A stretch of DNA of 64,000 nucleotides from Candidatus Poseidoniaceae archaeon (GCA_949373235.1 CASICQ010000003.1:49136-113135); one strand, 5' to 3'; shown: positions 49,372-60,700, counted from the first letter of the stretch. Notes: a model not told the origin generated them from the letters alone. A program made the numbers and translations.

Positions 49372-50079
49372 TCAAAAGATGGGGATACCACCGTCGTCGT
49401 CTTCATCGTCGTCGTTATCGTCGTTGTCACCAAGGTCAATGCTGACCTCAGGGGGCGCTGGACTGGCATCGTCCTCAGGGACGGCCGAGCCTTGCGGAGT
49501 GAGTTTTAGGGTGATGTCGAGGATGCCGTTGTTCAACGACCAGTCGACCAGTTCCTCGCATTGGTGAGGTAAGTCAATTTGAGCCAGTGGCTCAGGGAGT
49601 GTGTCTTTGATGACTTCGATGCGTTGGCCTTGACGGACGAGAGCCAGTTCAAGTTCGCTCTCTTCGACTTCGCCACGAAGGGTGAAATCGACGGTAACAG
49701 CCATGTTCCAGCCTTCAAGATAAACATCGTTTGCAGGAATATTGATGATTTCATCGAGCGAAATGTCCACGTCTGGGGCCTTAATTTCTACCGCGTTTGC
49801 ATCGACTTGGAGATCCATGCCGATGTTGGCCAAGATGTCCTCCATCGATTTACCAGATTGAAACATCTTAGCGAGTTGGGACAAATCAAAGTTGAAGTTG
49901 ACGTCGCCTTTTGCGAGTTTCTCTGCGTCCAATCCCATGTTTTCGAATTGTGAACGGAACTGTTCCATCATGCCTCGGATTTGCTCCTTATCCATGTTCA
50001 TGCCCATGTTTCGGAACATTTCCACGAGTTGCTCAACCAGTTTTTCTTCCCAATCGTCTGCTCCAGTCATCATCTCCAC
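49372..50079 (-). CDS. Hsp20/alpha-crystallin-like domain protein with Met-rich N-terminus and poly-acidic C-terminus (occupies the position where grpE is usually found)
   Basis: The C-terminal block WSLNNGILDITLKL resembles the Hsp20 motif A-x-x-x-NGVL-x-I-x-LPK. The N-terminus is MEMMTGADDWEE...MGMNMDKEQIRGMM. It is not clearly GrpE. Confidence 0.35.
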   Translation of the reverse strand: MEMMTGADDWEEKLVEQLVEMFRNMGMNMDKEQIRGMMEQFRSQFENMGLDAEKLAKGDVNFNFDLSQLAKMFQSGKSMEDILANIGMDLQVDANAVEIKAPDVDISLDEIINIPANDVYLEGWNMAVTVDFTLRGEVEESELELALVRQGQRIEVIKDTLPEPLAQIDLPHQCEELVDWSLNNGILDITLKLTPQGSAVPEDDASPAPPEVSIDLGDNDDNDDDEDDDGGIPIF

Positions 50080-50230
50080 CTTCCATTACTGAACCATCGG
50101 TTACATAGTGGCGTGGAAGTCACCCTATATCAAGTTCACCAAATGAGCCCACTGCTCTCGAGAAACATGGTATCCCCTGAGAAGCGAACCCATAAGAGGG
50201 GGCAACGATGCCAACAGAACAGGGAGCAAC

Positions 50231-51634
50231 ATGACTTACTCACTGCGTGCCTTTGGCCTGATTGCTTTGATGCTCATGGCGCCGCTTGCCGGATGCTTTG
50301 GTGAAGCGGAAGAAGGAAATGGAGGCGATCAAAACGCCCTCATGATTGATTTTGTACCGGCGCGGGAAGCCTCGCTCAGTGCGGGCGAGTGGCACACCTT
50401 CACCCTTGAAGGCGAAGGAACACGGTTGGTGGTCCCAGAAGACGTTCTGCTGTTCGTCAATGACAGCATCGTACCGCTTGGCGTCATTCAAGTTCAAAAC
50501 AGTGATTTGCTCAATGGGAAGATCCTCACCACCCCATACGTCAGTTCAACCACGCTGACGGTTGTTCACAGCGATGGCACAGCATCAGAGATTGACCTGA
50601 TGGTTGAAAATGGCACACCAATCGTCAACGGGGAAGAATGGTTGGACAAAATGAAATTCATCCTCAATGTGTGCACCGATTCAACCGAATGCGGTGGCTA
50701 CATCAACCGATGGATGGGAAGTCCAAACCCTGCATTTGAACGGGCGGCAAGCTTCTTTCACGGGCACTTCGAAGGTTTGGGGTATGAAACTCACATTATG
50801 CGCGTAACCGACCACCTCAACCCATCGCAACCTGAATCACTCAACATCATCGCTTGGAAGGACGGTCGTTCAGATGCTTGCGTTCAAGGGATGGGTGCTC
50901 ACATGGACATTGCACCACCGGCTTCGCCACCTGCGGGAGGCACCTACGAAGGAGCCTACGACAACACAGCAGGGACGGTGGCGATGATGCTCTTCGCCAA
51001 GGCGTTCGTGGATGTGGAATTCGAATGTGACACCTTCCTAGCACTCTGGTCTTCTGAAGAAGAAGGGTTGCGCGGCTCCAACGCGTTTGCCAACAATGAT
51101 TGCGATTATTGCCTTCCCCAGGACAAAGAACTGCGGTTCTACATCAACATGGACATGATGGGCATCTCTTGGCCTGCGTTGAAGGATACCGGCGACCCGT
51201 TCCCTTACCACGCCTGGTCAGGGCCGGACAACGACCCCGAAATCGATGAATTAGCAATTACCGGCGTGATGGACCATGTGCATCGAAACATCCTGAAGGC
51301 GCCAATGGACCTGCGAATTGAGGGATCCTACGGGGCTGGATGCGACATGCATTGGGATGACCATTACAACCTTGTAATGGATGTTCACGAGGACACCTTC
51401 GGGCGTTCTGACCATGTCACGTTCCGCGACAAAGGCGCTCAAACAATCTTCCACCTCGGCGCCTATGACGACGATTACAGCGCTTACCACTCCCCTCAAG
51501 ACACCCTGGACAACATGATCACCTCAGTGGGCGGTGAAGCCGAACTTCAGAAGTCAATACAATTCGTGATGTGGGCTGCAATGCTCGAATTCTTGATTGC
51601 TGACCAGACCCCGGAAGTTCGGAATCTTGAATGA
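50231..51634 (+). CDS. M28-family metallopeptidase (aminopeptidase), probable lipoprotein
   Basis: A lipobox LAGC follows an N-terminal hydrophobic stretch. The Zn ligand motifs GAHMDIA...GAYDNTAGTVAMM and SSEEEGLRGS are present. Confidence 0.8.
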   Translation: MTYSLRAFGLIALMLMAPLAGCFGEAEEGNGGDQNALMIDFVPAREASLSAGEWHTFTLEGEGTRLVVPEDVLLFVNDSIVPLGVIQVQNSDLLNGKILTTPYVSSTTLTVVHSDGTASEIDLMVENGTPIVNGEEWLDKMKFILNVCTDSTECGGYINRWMGSPNPAFERAASFFHGHFEGLGYETHIMRVTDHLNPSQPESLNIIAWKDGRSDACVQGMGAHMDIAPPASPPAGGTYEGAYDNTAGTVAMMLFAKAFVDVEFECDTFLALWSSEEEGLRGSNAFANNDCDYCLPQDKELRFYINMDMMGISWPALKDTGDPFPYHAWSGPDNDPEIDELAITGVMDHVHRNILKAPMDLRIEGSYGAGCDMHWDDHYNLVMDVHEDTFGRSDHVTFRDKGAQTIFHLGAYDDDYSAYHSPQDTLDNMITSVGGEAELQKSIQFVMWAAMLEFLIADQTPEVRNLE

Positions 51635-51679
51635 TTGTCCAAAACATCACTTCAAAAGCAAGTCCCCTAATCTCCACTC

Positions 51680-52126
51680 GTGTCAGAGGTCGCATTGGAA
51701 GTTGAAACAAACCCCCTCAAATCCCTCTGGAAGGTCATTGCGGGCTCCACATTGATCGCCTCGATGTGTTGCCTACCCTCTGTGGTTTTGGTGATGCTAG
51801 GGCTTGCAACCGTCTCGACTGGAGCCGCTCTTTCCGACACCCTCTACTGGGGCGGCGATGGATACGGTTGGTTTCGTCCGCTGATGGGCGTTGTGGCCGC
51901 AATCAGCGTTGTTATTGGATTGACCGTGTACTTCAGAAACCAGGGCATATGCACCCTCGACCAAGCAAAACAATCCCGTCGAAAAATAATCAACACCTCG
52001 TTGCTGGTGTTGACCGTCACCTACCTGACATACTTGTTGTTTAACTACGTCATCCTCACTGAGATTGGCATCCAATTCGGATTGCCTTGGGAATCAAGCC
52101 GTGATTCCTACATGTTTTGGCGATGA
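51680..52126 (+). CDS. Small membrane protein (4 TM), hypothetical
   Basis: Evidence is hydrophobicity pattern only. It is convergent with the PPTase gene. Confidence 0.35.
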   Translation: MSEVALEVETNPLKSLWKVIAGSTLIASMCCLPSVVLVMLGLATVSTGAALSDTLYWGGDGYGWFRPLMGVVAAISVVIGLTVYFRNQGICTLDQAKQSRRKIINTSLLVLTVTYLTYLLFNYVILTEIGIQFGLPWESSRDSYMFWR

Positions 52127-52882
52127 TCAGGCATTGCCCCGGGTGGTCTTGCAACCAACGCCCCATTCGCTTTCAGTCATTGCTTTCCTTGTCGCTTCGA
52201 GCAGCGCATCCTCCGGGGTTGGAACAGCGCGGATCCCCGCTGTAAAGGCGATGGCCATACTGGCCTCCTTGTGAGCCCACTTTACCAATTGAATTTTTGA
52301 TTTTTCAATTGATAAGTATGACCGTTCTACTCCAATTGGAATTTCAATTTTCCTCGGGTTCAGGTGCATGCCTAGGCCAAGGGATTTTTGGATTGCTTCT
52401 TTGGAAACCCACGCTTCGATGGCGCAAGAAGGGTGAGCGAGTAAAAACTCCAGTTCTGCTCCTTTGGCCATCATGGAAAAGGCGTTTGGTTGGATGCCTC
52501 GGTCGCTCGGCTCTCCGTCCAAACCAACGCACCATTCAGGCTCGGCAATGGCCACATAAGCCCACCCGCCGCTGTGACAGAGGCTGATCGAAGGCAGCGG
52601 CGTGTTCTTCCAAACGCCTGCGATGTAGGCGAGGTAAGGAGCTCGATGTTTCGTACGTTCAACGCTCACCAGCGTGGCATCAATGCCCCACAGGGCGAGG
52701 GCTTCTTGCAACAACCAGCGGCCTGTGAGGTGCTCATCGCATCGCTTCTGAACGACAAACGTAGCCACTTCATCAGCATCAGCCAAAACCACATGTTCAG
52801 GTTCATGCGTTTGGACTGGACTGCGTAAAACCAAGCAGGTTGGCAAATCATCCCCGGGTGGTTGGAGATGTTCAATTGTCAT
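52127..52882 (-). CDS. 4'-phosphopantetheinyl transferase, Sfp/PfaE type
   Basis: SISLCHSGGWAYVAI (SxSHS-like), CVGLDGEP (Mg-binding GxDxE-like) and WVSKEAIQKSLG (WxxKEAxxK) are present. It lies 12 nt downstream of the megasynthase. Confidence 0.7.
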   Translation of the reverse strand: MTIEHLQPPGDDLPTCLVLRSPVQTHEPEHVVLADADEVATFVVQKRCDEHLTGRWLLQEALALWGIDATLVSVERTKHRAPYLAYIAGVWKNTPLPSISLCHSGGWAYVAIAEPEWCVGLDGEPSDRGIQPNAFSMMAKGAELEFLLAHPSCAIEAWVSKEAIQKSLGLGMHLNPRKIEIPIGVERSYLSIEKSKIQLVKWAHKEASMAIAFTAGIRAVPTPEDALLEATRKAMTESEWGVGCKTTRGNA

Positions 52883-52894
52883 TTTTAGGCCTCA

Positions 52895-54712
52895 TCAACG
52901 CTCAAGCGTGAAGGCTTCTTCATCCGAAACCGGAGCCATGCCCTTGAGGCGTAGACCCTTGAGCGCCAAAACAGGTGCGTCATCTTCTCCGACAATCACC
53001 ACATCATGCACCGTAACACCGGCCTCTTCAACCGAAGTTCGGAGGCTCCGCATACGAAGCAGTTCATCTCGTTCTGGCACCCGAAGCATGGAAGACCATT
53101 CGATGCCTACGGGGAGGGACGAGAAACCTTCGCTCTCCATAGCCACCAATCCCGCATTTTGGAACCCTGCCTCGATGAGCATGGGAAGCGCTTCAAGCAA
53201 GACTGTTTCACCTTCTGATTCATGCGCAAACTGGTCGGTTGCAGGCAATTGATGCCGCATCAAAGCAATGCCGTCTGCCCCTGGCATCGATTCGTCACCG
53301 ACGCCACGCAGAACACCTCCATGCGACTGGAATCGAGGCCCGTGGAAGTACCTGTCATAGATGAAGGAAGGTTGTTCCGCAAGTTCACCAGGCGCGGGAA
53401 TTCCAAGATTCGGGAGCGCTTCCACTTCCGCTTGCAAGAACGGCCAAAGGTCGTCGCCTTTTTCCACGAGGCGTACTGAAGCCTTGTGGTGCTCTCGTTC
53501 ACCAAACACCTCGCCTTTAGAATTCGTAAGATCTGACACGAGGGTGCATTTCACCCATGTGAGGTCGTTTTCCGTCCGATCAAACTCAGCGGTGACTCGC
53601 ACGGTCATCGGTCCTTTGAGCAACTTCACAGGCAAACCGAATTCGACGGATTCAAATCCAGCTAAACAGGTCGAAGGACGCATCAACAACGCCACTTCAG
53701 CGAACATTTCCAACGCCATAACCCCGGGGTGGTACGGAACGCCCTCAATCGCGTGGTCGATCAGGAAGGGGTGGTCCTCTTCCGACAAGGTTGATTGTAC
53801 AGTCAGTGATTGATCTTCTCGGCAGGCAAGCACTTTGTCGATGAAAGGAAAACGTTGTGGGTCGGCAATGATGCTTGCCATTTCAGCAGGTAGACGGAGG
53901 GGGGCTTCTCTAAAGGCATCGAAATGATCCATCTCTCCTAGGGATCCACATCCAATGACGCGACGCTTGCCTCCTGCAAGGGCTTCATCCACAAAGATGT
54001 TCACGCCTTCATCCACTGAAAGGGTGTCAATTCCTGCGGCTTCAAAGACCGCTTCAATTGAGCCTCTTGTCGCCATACCAACGTCCCGCCACCCAGTCCA
54101 ACCAATGGCTACAGCACGGCAGGTTCCAGAAGCGGTGAGCCGTGCCATTTCAGCATCGAGAACACTGTTTGCTGCTGCATAGTCTGTTTGCCCTCCGTTG
54201 CCGAACCGTCCGGCAACGCTGGTGAAGCATGCTGCGAAACGAGGGCTTTCGGCTCCTGAGGCCAAGCATGCGGCAAGCATGCACTGCCAACCATCCACCT
54301 TGACTCGAACCACCTTGTCGAACACATCGTAGTCCTTGTCCGCAACAAGTTTCGAATCCTCTAAACCAGCACCGTGAATCAAGCCCGTAATCGGACGATT
54401 GAGGCTTTCTCCGACCGCTTGCATTGCTTCACGGTCCATGACGTCGACGGGGTGGTATGAGGCAGAGTTGCCCGTGGACTCAATTGAGTTGAGGGTATCA
54501 TACACATCTCGACTGCGAGTGAACTTTTGCCAAGCCTTGTTCCACTCAACCATGGTGACCTTGCCTGATTCGCTTGCCGCAGCAAGACGTTCGCGCAAAG
54601 CCATCCGTTCAACCTCAAGTTCTGGTTCGCCCCAAGTGATCCATGTTTTGGTTTGTTCAATGAGGTGAGAGCGACCAAGAAGGGCGAAATGAGCTCCTGC
54701 ATTGAATGACAT
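52895..54712 (-). CDS. C-terminal fragment of the type I FAS/PKS megasynthase: catalytic ketoreductase subdomain plus PKS-type dehydratase
   Basis: The KR subdomain (about 53918..54712) shows the HGAG...KVDGW...YAAANSVLD catalytic Tyr/Asn region. The DH domain (about 52913..53860) carries the HxxxGxxxxP motif LIDHAIEGVPYHPGV. The reading frame is contiguous with the upstream 2364-aa ORF if one base is removed at the C5 run 54721..54725. Confidence 0.8.
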   Translation of the reverse strand: MSFNAGAHFALLGRSHLIEQTKTWITWGEPELEVERMALRERLAAASESGKVTMVEWNKAWQKFTRSRDVYDTLNSIESTGNSASYHPVDVMDREAMQAVGESLNRPITGLIHGAGLEDSKLVADKDYDVFDKVVRVKVDGWQCMLAACLASGAESPRFAACFTSVAGRFGNGGQTDYAAANSVLDAEMARLTASGTCRAVAIGWTGWRDVGMATRGSIEAVFEAAGIDTLSVDEGVNIFVDEALAGGKRRVIGCGSLGEMDHFDAFREAPLRLPAEMASIIADPQRFPFIDKVLACREDQSLTVQSTLSEEDHPFLIDHAIEGVPYHPGVMALEMFAEVALLMRPSTCLAGFESVEFGLPVKLLKGPMTVRVTAEFDRTENDLTWVKCTLVSDLTNSKGEVFGEREHHKASVRLVEKGDDLWPFLQAEVEALPNLGIPAPGELAEQPSFIYDRYFHGPRFQSHGGVLRGVGDESMPGADGIALMRHQLPATDQFAHESEGETVLLEALPMLIEAGFQNAGLVAMESEGFSSLPVGIEWSSMLRVPERDELLRMRSLRTSVEEAGVTVHDVVIVGEDDAPVLALKGLRLKGMAPVSDEEAFTLER

Positions 54713-57700
54713 TTCTGCTACCCCCGATCACCGATGCAGCCGTGACGCCAGATCCGCCGCCTGAAACCAACCAAGTGTCGTCGGATTGCAAGGGCGTACG
54801 TTCTTCAACCAAATCTTCAGCAAATGCCACAAGCGCCCACCGGCGTTCGTCTCGGTCAAGGCCAATTTCAACCTCGCCCGCAATGTTGAACACGTCATGA
54901 TGAATCAAAGCGGCTGCTTGTGCAGGATCTAGAATGAGTTCAGGATGAACATCAAGGGCACGGCAGCGGAGGTGCGGTTGTTCAAATGCATAGGATTTCG
55001 TCACACCGGAGGCAGCGCATTGAACCGCATTGAACCGCTCACCAATGTTTCCATGTCGTCCATCTAAGGCGGTAATAGAGGCTACAATTCCAGCATCGAG
55101 GTTTGAAAGCTGTGCGTCGAGGCCTTGCAGCAAGGAAAAGTATCCTTGTGCGGCCAGAGCAATCTGAGATGAAGGATGCCCATCTTCCGCCCACGAAGCG
55201 CTGGCCAACTTGAGCGGCGACATGTGAATCAAGGCAGAGATGTTGTGTCCGTTCAAGGCTTGACTCACCGCAGCGATGTGTTCGGGGTTACCGGGATCTG
55301 CACGGTAGACGACTCTCTTGCCTTCTTGCTGGACAGACATGTCCCGAATGTTGCTCTCGAAACCGATGCGAATCGCATCCATGCCGTCCGCTTCAAGGAG
55401 TTGACAGAATACCTCTGCGATGCCCCAACCGTCGTCTGTAACAACGGCTGTTCCCTTCAAAGACATGGGGGCATCTCGACCCGGTGCTGCTTCAACTTCA
55501 ATTTGCCAGCGTCGTGATTCAACGGTTGTGGTCGTTGAAACCAAAGAGGGAGCGGTTGATGCCTCCGTTTGGCTTGGAGGGGCGGGTGAACCAGTGGATG
55601 CATCGCCCTTCATGCGGAGGATGTAGGCAGTAAAATGGTTCAGCGTAGGATGATCAGACAAGACGAAGTCTTCGTCCAATGGAAGGTCGAACACCTCTCG
55701 TACATCACCCATAATTTCGGCTTGCTTCACGGTGTCTATGCCCAATTCTCCCTCGAGGTCTTGATCCATTTCAATGAAATCAGCTGGGTAACCCGTGTGC
55801 TTAACGACAATCTCAACCAATTGGTCATCAACTGTGCCGTCTGTTGCCACACCTTTCGGTTTTGAGGTTGTTGGCTCACTTGGGGCAGGTGCTACCGGGG
55901 CAGGTGCTACCGGTGCTGGTGGAGAGGGCGCCGGTGCTGCCTTGGCTGGGCTCGATGGTGCTTCGCCTCCTTGCATGCGATGGATGTAGGCAATCATGTG
56001 ATTCAAGGTTGGATAATCGGATAGAACAAAATCTTCATCAAGCGGTAAACCAAATCGATCGCGTATGTCCGCCATAATTTCGGCTTGCTTCACCGTGTCA
56101 ATCCCCAATTCACCTTCGAGGTCCTGGTCGAGTTCAATGAAATCAGCCGGATAACCGGTGTGAGTCACGACAACTTCGACCACAGTGGCCCGCAAATGCT
56201 CTTCATCAACCGGGGAGGCTGGAGGGTGTGGGGCTGGGGAAGCAAGAGGTTGCGATTCAGCGACTGGCTGTGGTGCTTCCTCAGAAGGCAGTTGGGTCGG
56301 TGCAGCAGGTGCTGGAACGGGAGCAGTGGTTCCACCGCTCATTCGTTGAATGTAGCCAATCATGTGATTCAAGGTCGGATAATCAGAGAGCACAAATTCT
56401 TCATCCACAGGGAGGTTGAACCGTTCACGAATATCAGCCATGATCTCGGCCTGCTTGACCGTATCAATGCCCAACTCACCCTCTAGGTCCTGATCCAATT
56501 CAACAAAATCAGCTGGGTAGCCCGTGTGATTGACAACCACATCGATGACTACGGTGACGGCATCGCCTTCAGCGACAGCCGACGGGCTGAGTGATTGTAC
56601 TGAAGCCGGTGCTGGTGTTGGAGCAGGGAGGCTCGGCTGAGGAGCGGGGACTGAAACTGGTGGAGGAACGGGGGTTGGGACTGGGTTTGGCACAACCGAG
56701 GGTTTGCCTTCAAAAGGCGCTGTGATGGGCCAAGGATCCCCTTGAACGCCGCCATGAAGGTTGTTCTCACCGTCCACATAAGCAACCAACTTCTGATCCA
56801 GCAAACGCATGACTACGTCTTCATTGCCCGCTAAGCGACGGTTCCATGCCAGGAATTTCGCCCCGTCAATCCGTTCACCAACAACGGGCCAGCGGCGAAC
56901 AAGTGAAAGCGCCATTTGAGACCCAAATCCAGCAGCGAACCGAAGGCCGTACTTGAGGTTTGGATAATCGCCACCTTTTGAGAGGTTGAGGTTACCCAAC
57001 TCAGGGTCGACTTCCTTGTGGTTTGCAATCGGAGGTATCCTTCCAGTTTTCATGCCGTGGAACATGCTGGCGTCTTCAATTCCAACTGCCATTGGATGAC
57101 CAGTGAAGCCTTTTGTGTTCGCAATGACAAGTTTGTCCGTGCTGTGTGTGAAGGTGTCTCGCAACGCCCGAACTTCGGATTGCGCCGACCCACCCCGAGC
57201 AGGGGTGTAGGTCTCATGGGAGAAAAACACGGTGTCAGAAGCGATTTCATGGCGGTCGATGCCCCATTGTTGTTCCATGGAGGTGACGAAGTTGTCCACC
57301 GTTTCAGCAACGTGATCAACATCAAGGCGAGTGCCGTGGAAGGCGGAATTGGCGGTGGTCGCACCGAGCAATTCTGCAATTGGTTGAACACCACGCTCTT
57401 CCGCTTCTGAATTGCGTTCAACAACGAAGGCTGCTGCGCCCATGCCGAGGATCAATCCATTGCGCCTCCGGTCGAATGGCAATGCTGTTTCTTCGACCAC
57501 GTTGTGGGTTGCAGCAGCTCCTGATGCGGCGAAGCCCCCACCAATCCATTCCCACATGTCATCGCCCGTTACGTCATCCGCCGAGATGATAACAACACGA
57601 TCGACGCGATCGGCGTTGAGCCAATCTTCCGCAACGCCAAACGCTGCTGTGGCCGATGCACACGCTAGATTGATGATTGTGTTTGGACCTCGAATACCAG

Positions 57701-60700
57701 AGTATTGAGCGAATTGTGAATGGCCCATTGCTAGAGTTTGGAACAGGTACCGTCGATCAAAGCGCCCCTCACCGTCGTCGCCGTTTGCTTTCGCATGTTT
57801 CAGGGCCATTTGGAAGCCAGGGAAACACGAAGCGAAGACGATTCCTGTTCGATCCCGGGTGTGCTGAGGGACTTGCCAGTTTCGAATCAAGCGCAATCCG
57901 CCCTTGCCGATTTGTTCAACGGGAGTCAATGGAATCGCTGCATCTCTTAGGGCAAGGAGCCCAGCGGCCATGCCGAGTTGTGTCGTTATGTCCCAAGCCA
58001 GTATGACCTTTGGATCAATGCCAAATTCTTCTGCAAGATCAAAAGCACCTTTCACGCCTGCGAGTTGGGGCACGTCGCCAAACGCTGTGGCTTGGTCCAT
58101 GTTCACTGAACCATCTCGCCCTTTGATCAAGCGAACCAGATTCTTGTCCAGTAAGCGTTGCTTGTAATCATCGGTGACTTCTGAGATGCAAGTTTCACCG
58201 CGAACAAGGCGCTCAAAAGTATCTTCATTGAACACACTCTCCCCGCCAGGAAGTCCAAGCGACACGCCCGTTACGACAAACGGATCTGCACGGCGCCGGC
58301 TCATTGGGTCATGGCCTGTTGCAGGGGCATGACCTGCAGAAGAAGGAGCGGCCATTCGAGTCATTGAGGACTTCGGTGACCAACCAGCAGGAGGTGTTGC
58401 AATCCAACGGGCTACGTCCGCAACCGTTTTGGCGCCGCTAACGTCCACTTCCGGGTCGGTTTTCGCCTCGGAAACCACAGTTTGGAACAGAGAGGCAATG
58501 CTTGCTTCCGACATGCCAAGGCCAAGGCGTAAATCGACCATTCCGTGGCAGAAACGAGCGGGATAATTCGTAAGGGAAGCAATCCGGTCTCCAAGGTAAG
58601 CATCCTTGGCTTTTTGAGCGGCAATCTCCGGATCGAGGTTCGGGGAGCTCGAGGCTTGCTGAACATGCACCACTTGAGGTGTTCCAGTTCCAGCAGCAGA
58701 AGGCAACGGGCGGGCTCGCGTGCGCAAATCTTCACCCGATGAGGTGGCTCGATGTGCTTCAATTGGCCCGGCACGGAACGCTTCGGTCAGTGCGGCTGAT
58801 GTTGGCGCCGGCCAATTCATCGGACGTCCTGCGAGCGCCATCGTAGCGAGGGCGGTCAAAAAGGATGCGATTCCACCTTGTTTGGGGTGGTTTGTCATGA
58901 CTGGCAAGTGAGGCTGATCTTCAAGAATCTGAACCGCAAACATGCTCAGAGCGCGCTTGGGCCCGACTTCGATGAACGCTCGTGCTCCGGCTTCATACAT
59001 GGTTTGAATTTGAGCGGTCCATTCAACTGAGGAAGCCATTTGCAAGGCTAACTTGCTGAGAACTGCGGATTTCGAAGCCTCCAAATCCTCGCTGTCTGAA
59101 GGGTTCATTGGGTAGAATTCCCCGTCGACATTGGCCGTGATTGGGATGGTGGGCCAACGAATATCAAGCCCTTCTAAGAACCTGCGAAGAGGTTCGTTGG
59201 CTGGTGCGACAATCCTCGAATGGAAAGCGTGGGAGGTGGCCAATGGCATCGATTGGAATCCTTTGGCTTCAAACTCAGCCATTGCGGCCTTCACCGGTTC
59301 TGTTTCACCAGCGATGACGGTCATCTTTGGAGAATTTTTATTCGCTGCGATGACGTAACCGTCGACAGCGTTGATGATTGTTTCAACCTCTGAATATGGC
59401 GCACTAACGCTTGCCATGAGCCCTTTATCGTCAATTTCTACAGCGCCCATTTCAGTTCCGCGAGCAGCTGCTGCACGAAGTGCTCCGTCCATATCCAAAA
59501 TCCCTGCAGCCATCAAGGCAGCGTATTCGCCGAGCGAATGGCCAGCGACCATATCGGGGTGAATGCCGTGATCGTTGAGCGCTCGCTCGATGGCCAGGTC
59601 AGCGGTCAACATGGCAGGCTGAGTGTATTCTGTCTGCTTTAGTTTGTGTTCAGCCTCTGCCTGTTCTTCTTTCGAGAGGTTTGACCGAAGTACGAAACTT
59701 GACAGGGTTTCACCTTCAAGCACCTCGATCATGGTCTCATCGGCCTTGGCCCAAACCTGCTGAACCGCAGTGTAGCGTTGATGCAGATCATGGGTCATAC
59801 CGACGTATTGACTGCCTTGTCCAGGGTACATGTGCGCAACCTTGGCTTTAGCATGAAGCGGAGCGTCTTTGGTGATCAAAACGCCTTGGGCTTGTAGGAA
59901 GCCCCACTTGTCTTCATCGTCCATGGCCTTGAGAGCCAATTCAACTCGCTTGTTGAACTCGGCCCAATTGGTGGCAATAACGGCCATCCGCATTGAAGCG
60001 CTTGAATCAAAGGAACTTGATGCAGCATAGAGAGCATAAGACAGACGGATTCCTTTCGGGTCTTCATCGAAGGTGGCTCCTTCGAAGGAAGTTGTCGTGA
60101 GGGCCTGCCTTAGGCCTTCGAGGGATTCGGCAGAGAGCAGAAGCATGCCACCTTCAACCGCTTTGAGTTGTTCGTGAGTCATGCTTGGTGCCGCAGAACC
60201 ATCGAGAATGGACGGGGCGGAAGGGGTTGTTGAAGAAGAGGTTTCAATCGCAGCATAGGCTTGCCATCGAAGATCCCATTCGCGCGCCAACGGAGCGTGA
60301 TATTCTGGCTCATAGCCCTCAAGAGCGATGTGGAAGTTCGTACCGCCGAAGCCAAAGGCGGAAATGCCTGCCCGTCGCGGGTGGTGTTCAGGTCGAGGCC
60401 AATCGCGGGCTTCGGTTGGAACAAAGAAGGGAATCTCACTCCATTCAACGGTCGGGTTTGGCGTTTCAAACCCTGCGGATGGGGGAATGGTGCGGTGGTG
60501 AAGCGCCATAACGGTCTTCATGATTCCTGCAATACCAGCAGCGGCTTTGAGATGGCCAATCTGAGATTTTATCGAGCCGACAGCAACATGGTCTCCACTT
60601 GGGAACCCGTCCCAAAGCAAAGATAACGTCGACAATTCGGTCGCATCTCCCACCTTTGTCGAGGTGCCGTGGGCTTCCACGAGTTCCACTGTGCTTGCAG

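Noticed and set aside
49372-50079. Calling the gene upstream of dnaK as grpE on positional grounds
   Set aside because: No GrpE coiled-coil or beta-domain signature could be recognised by eye. The only discernible similarity is to the Hsp20 C-terminal motif, so it is left as Hsp20-like or unknown.
55608-56579. Periodic 363-366 nt repeats that might superficially suggest a repeat array or CRISPR
   Set aside because: The period is far too long for CRISPR. The repeats are in-frame within a long ORF and encode conserved carrier-domain motifs. They are reported as coding tandem repeats instead. No CRISPR array or cas genes were seen anywhere in the window.
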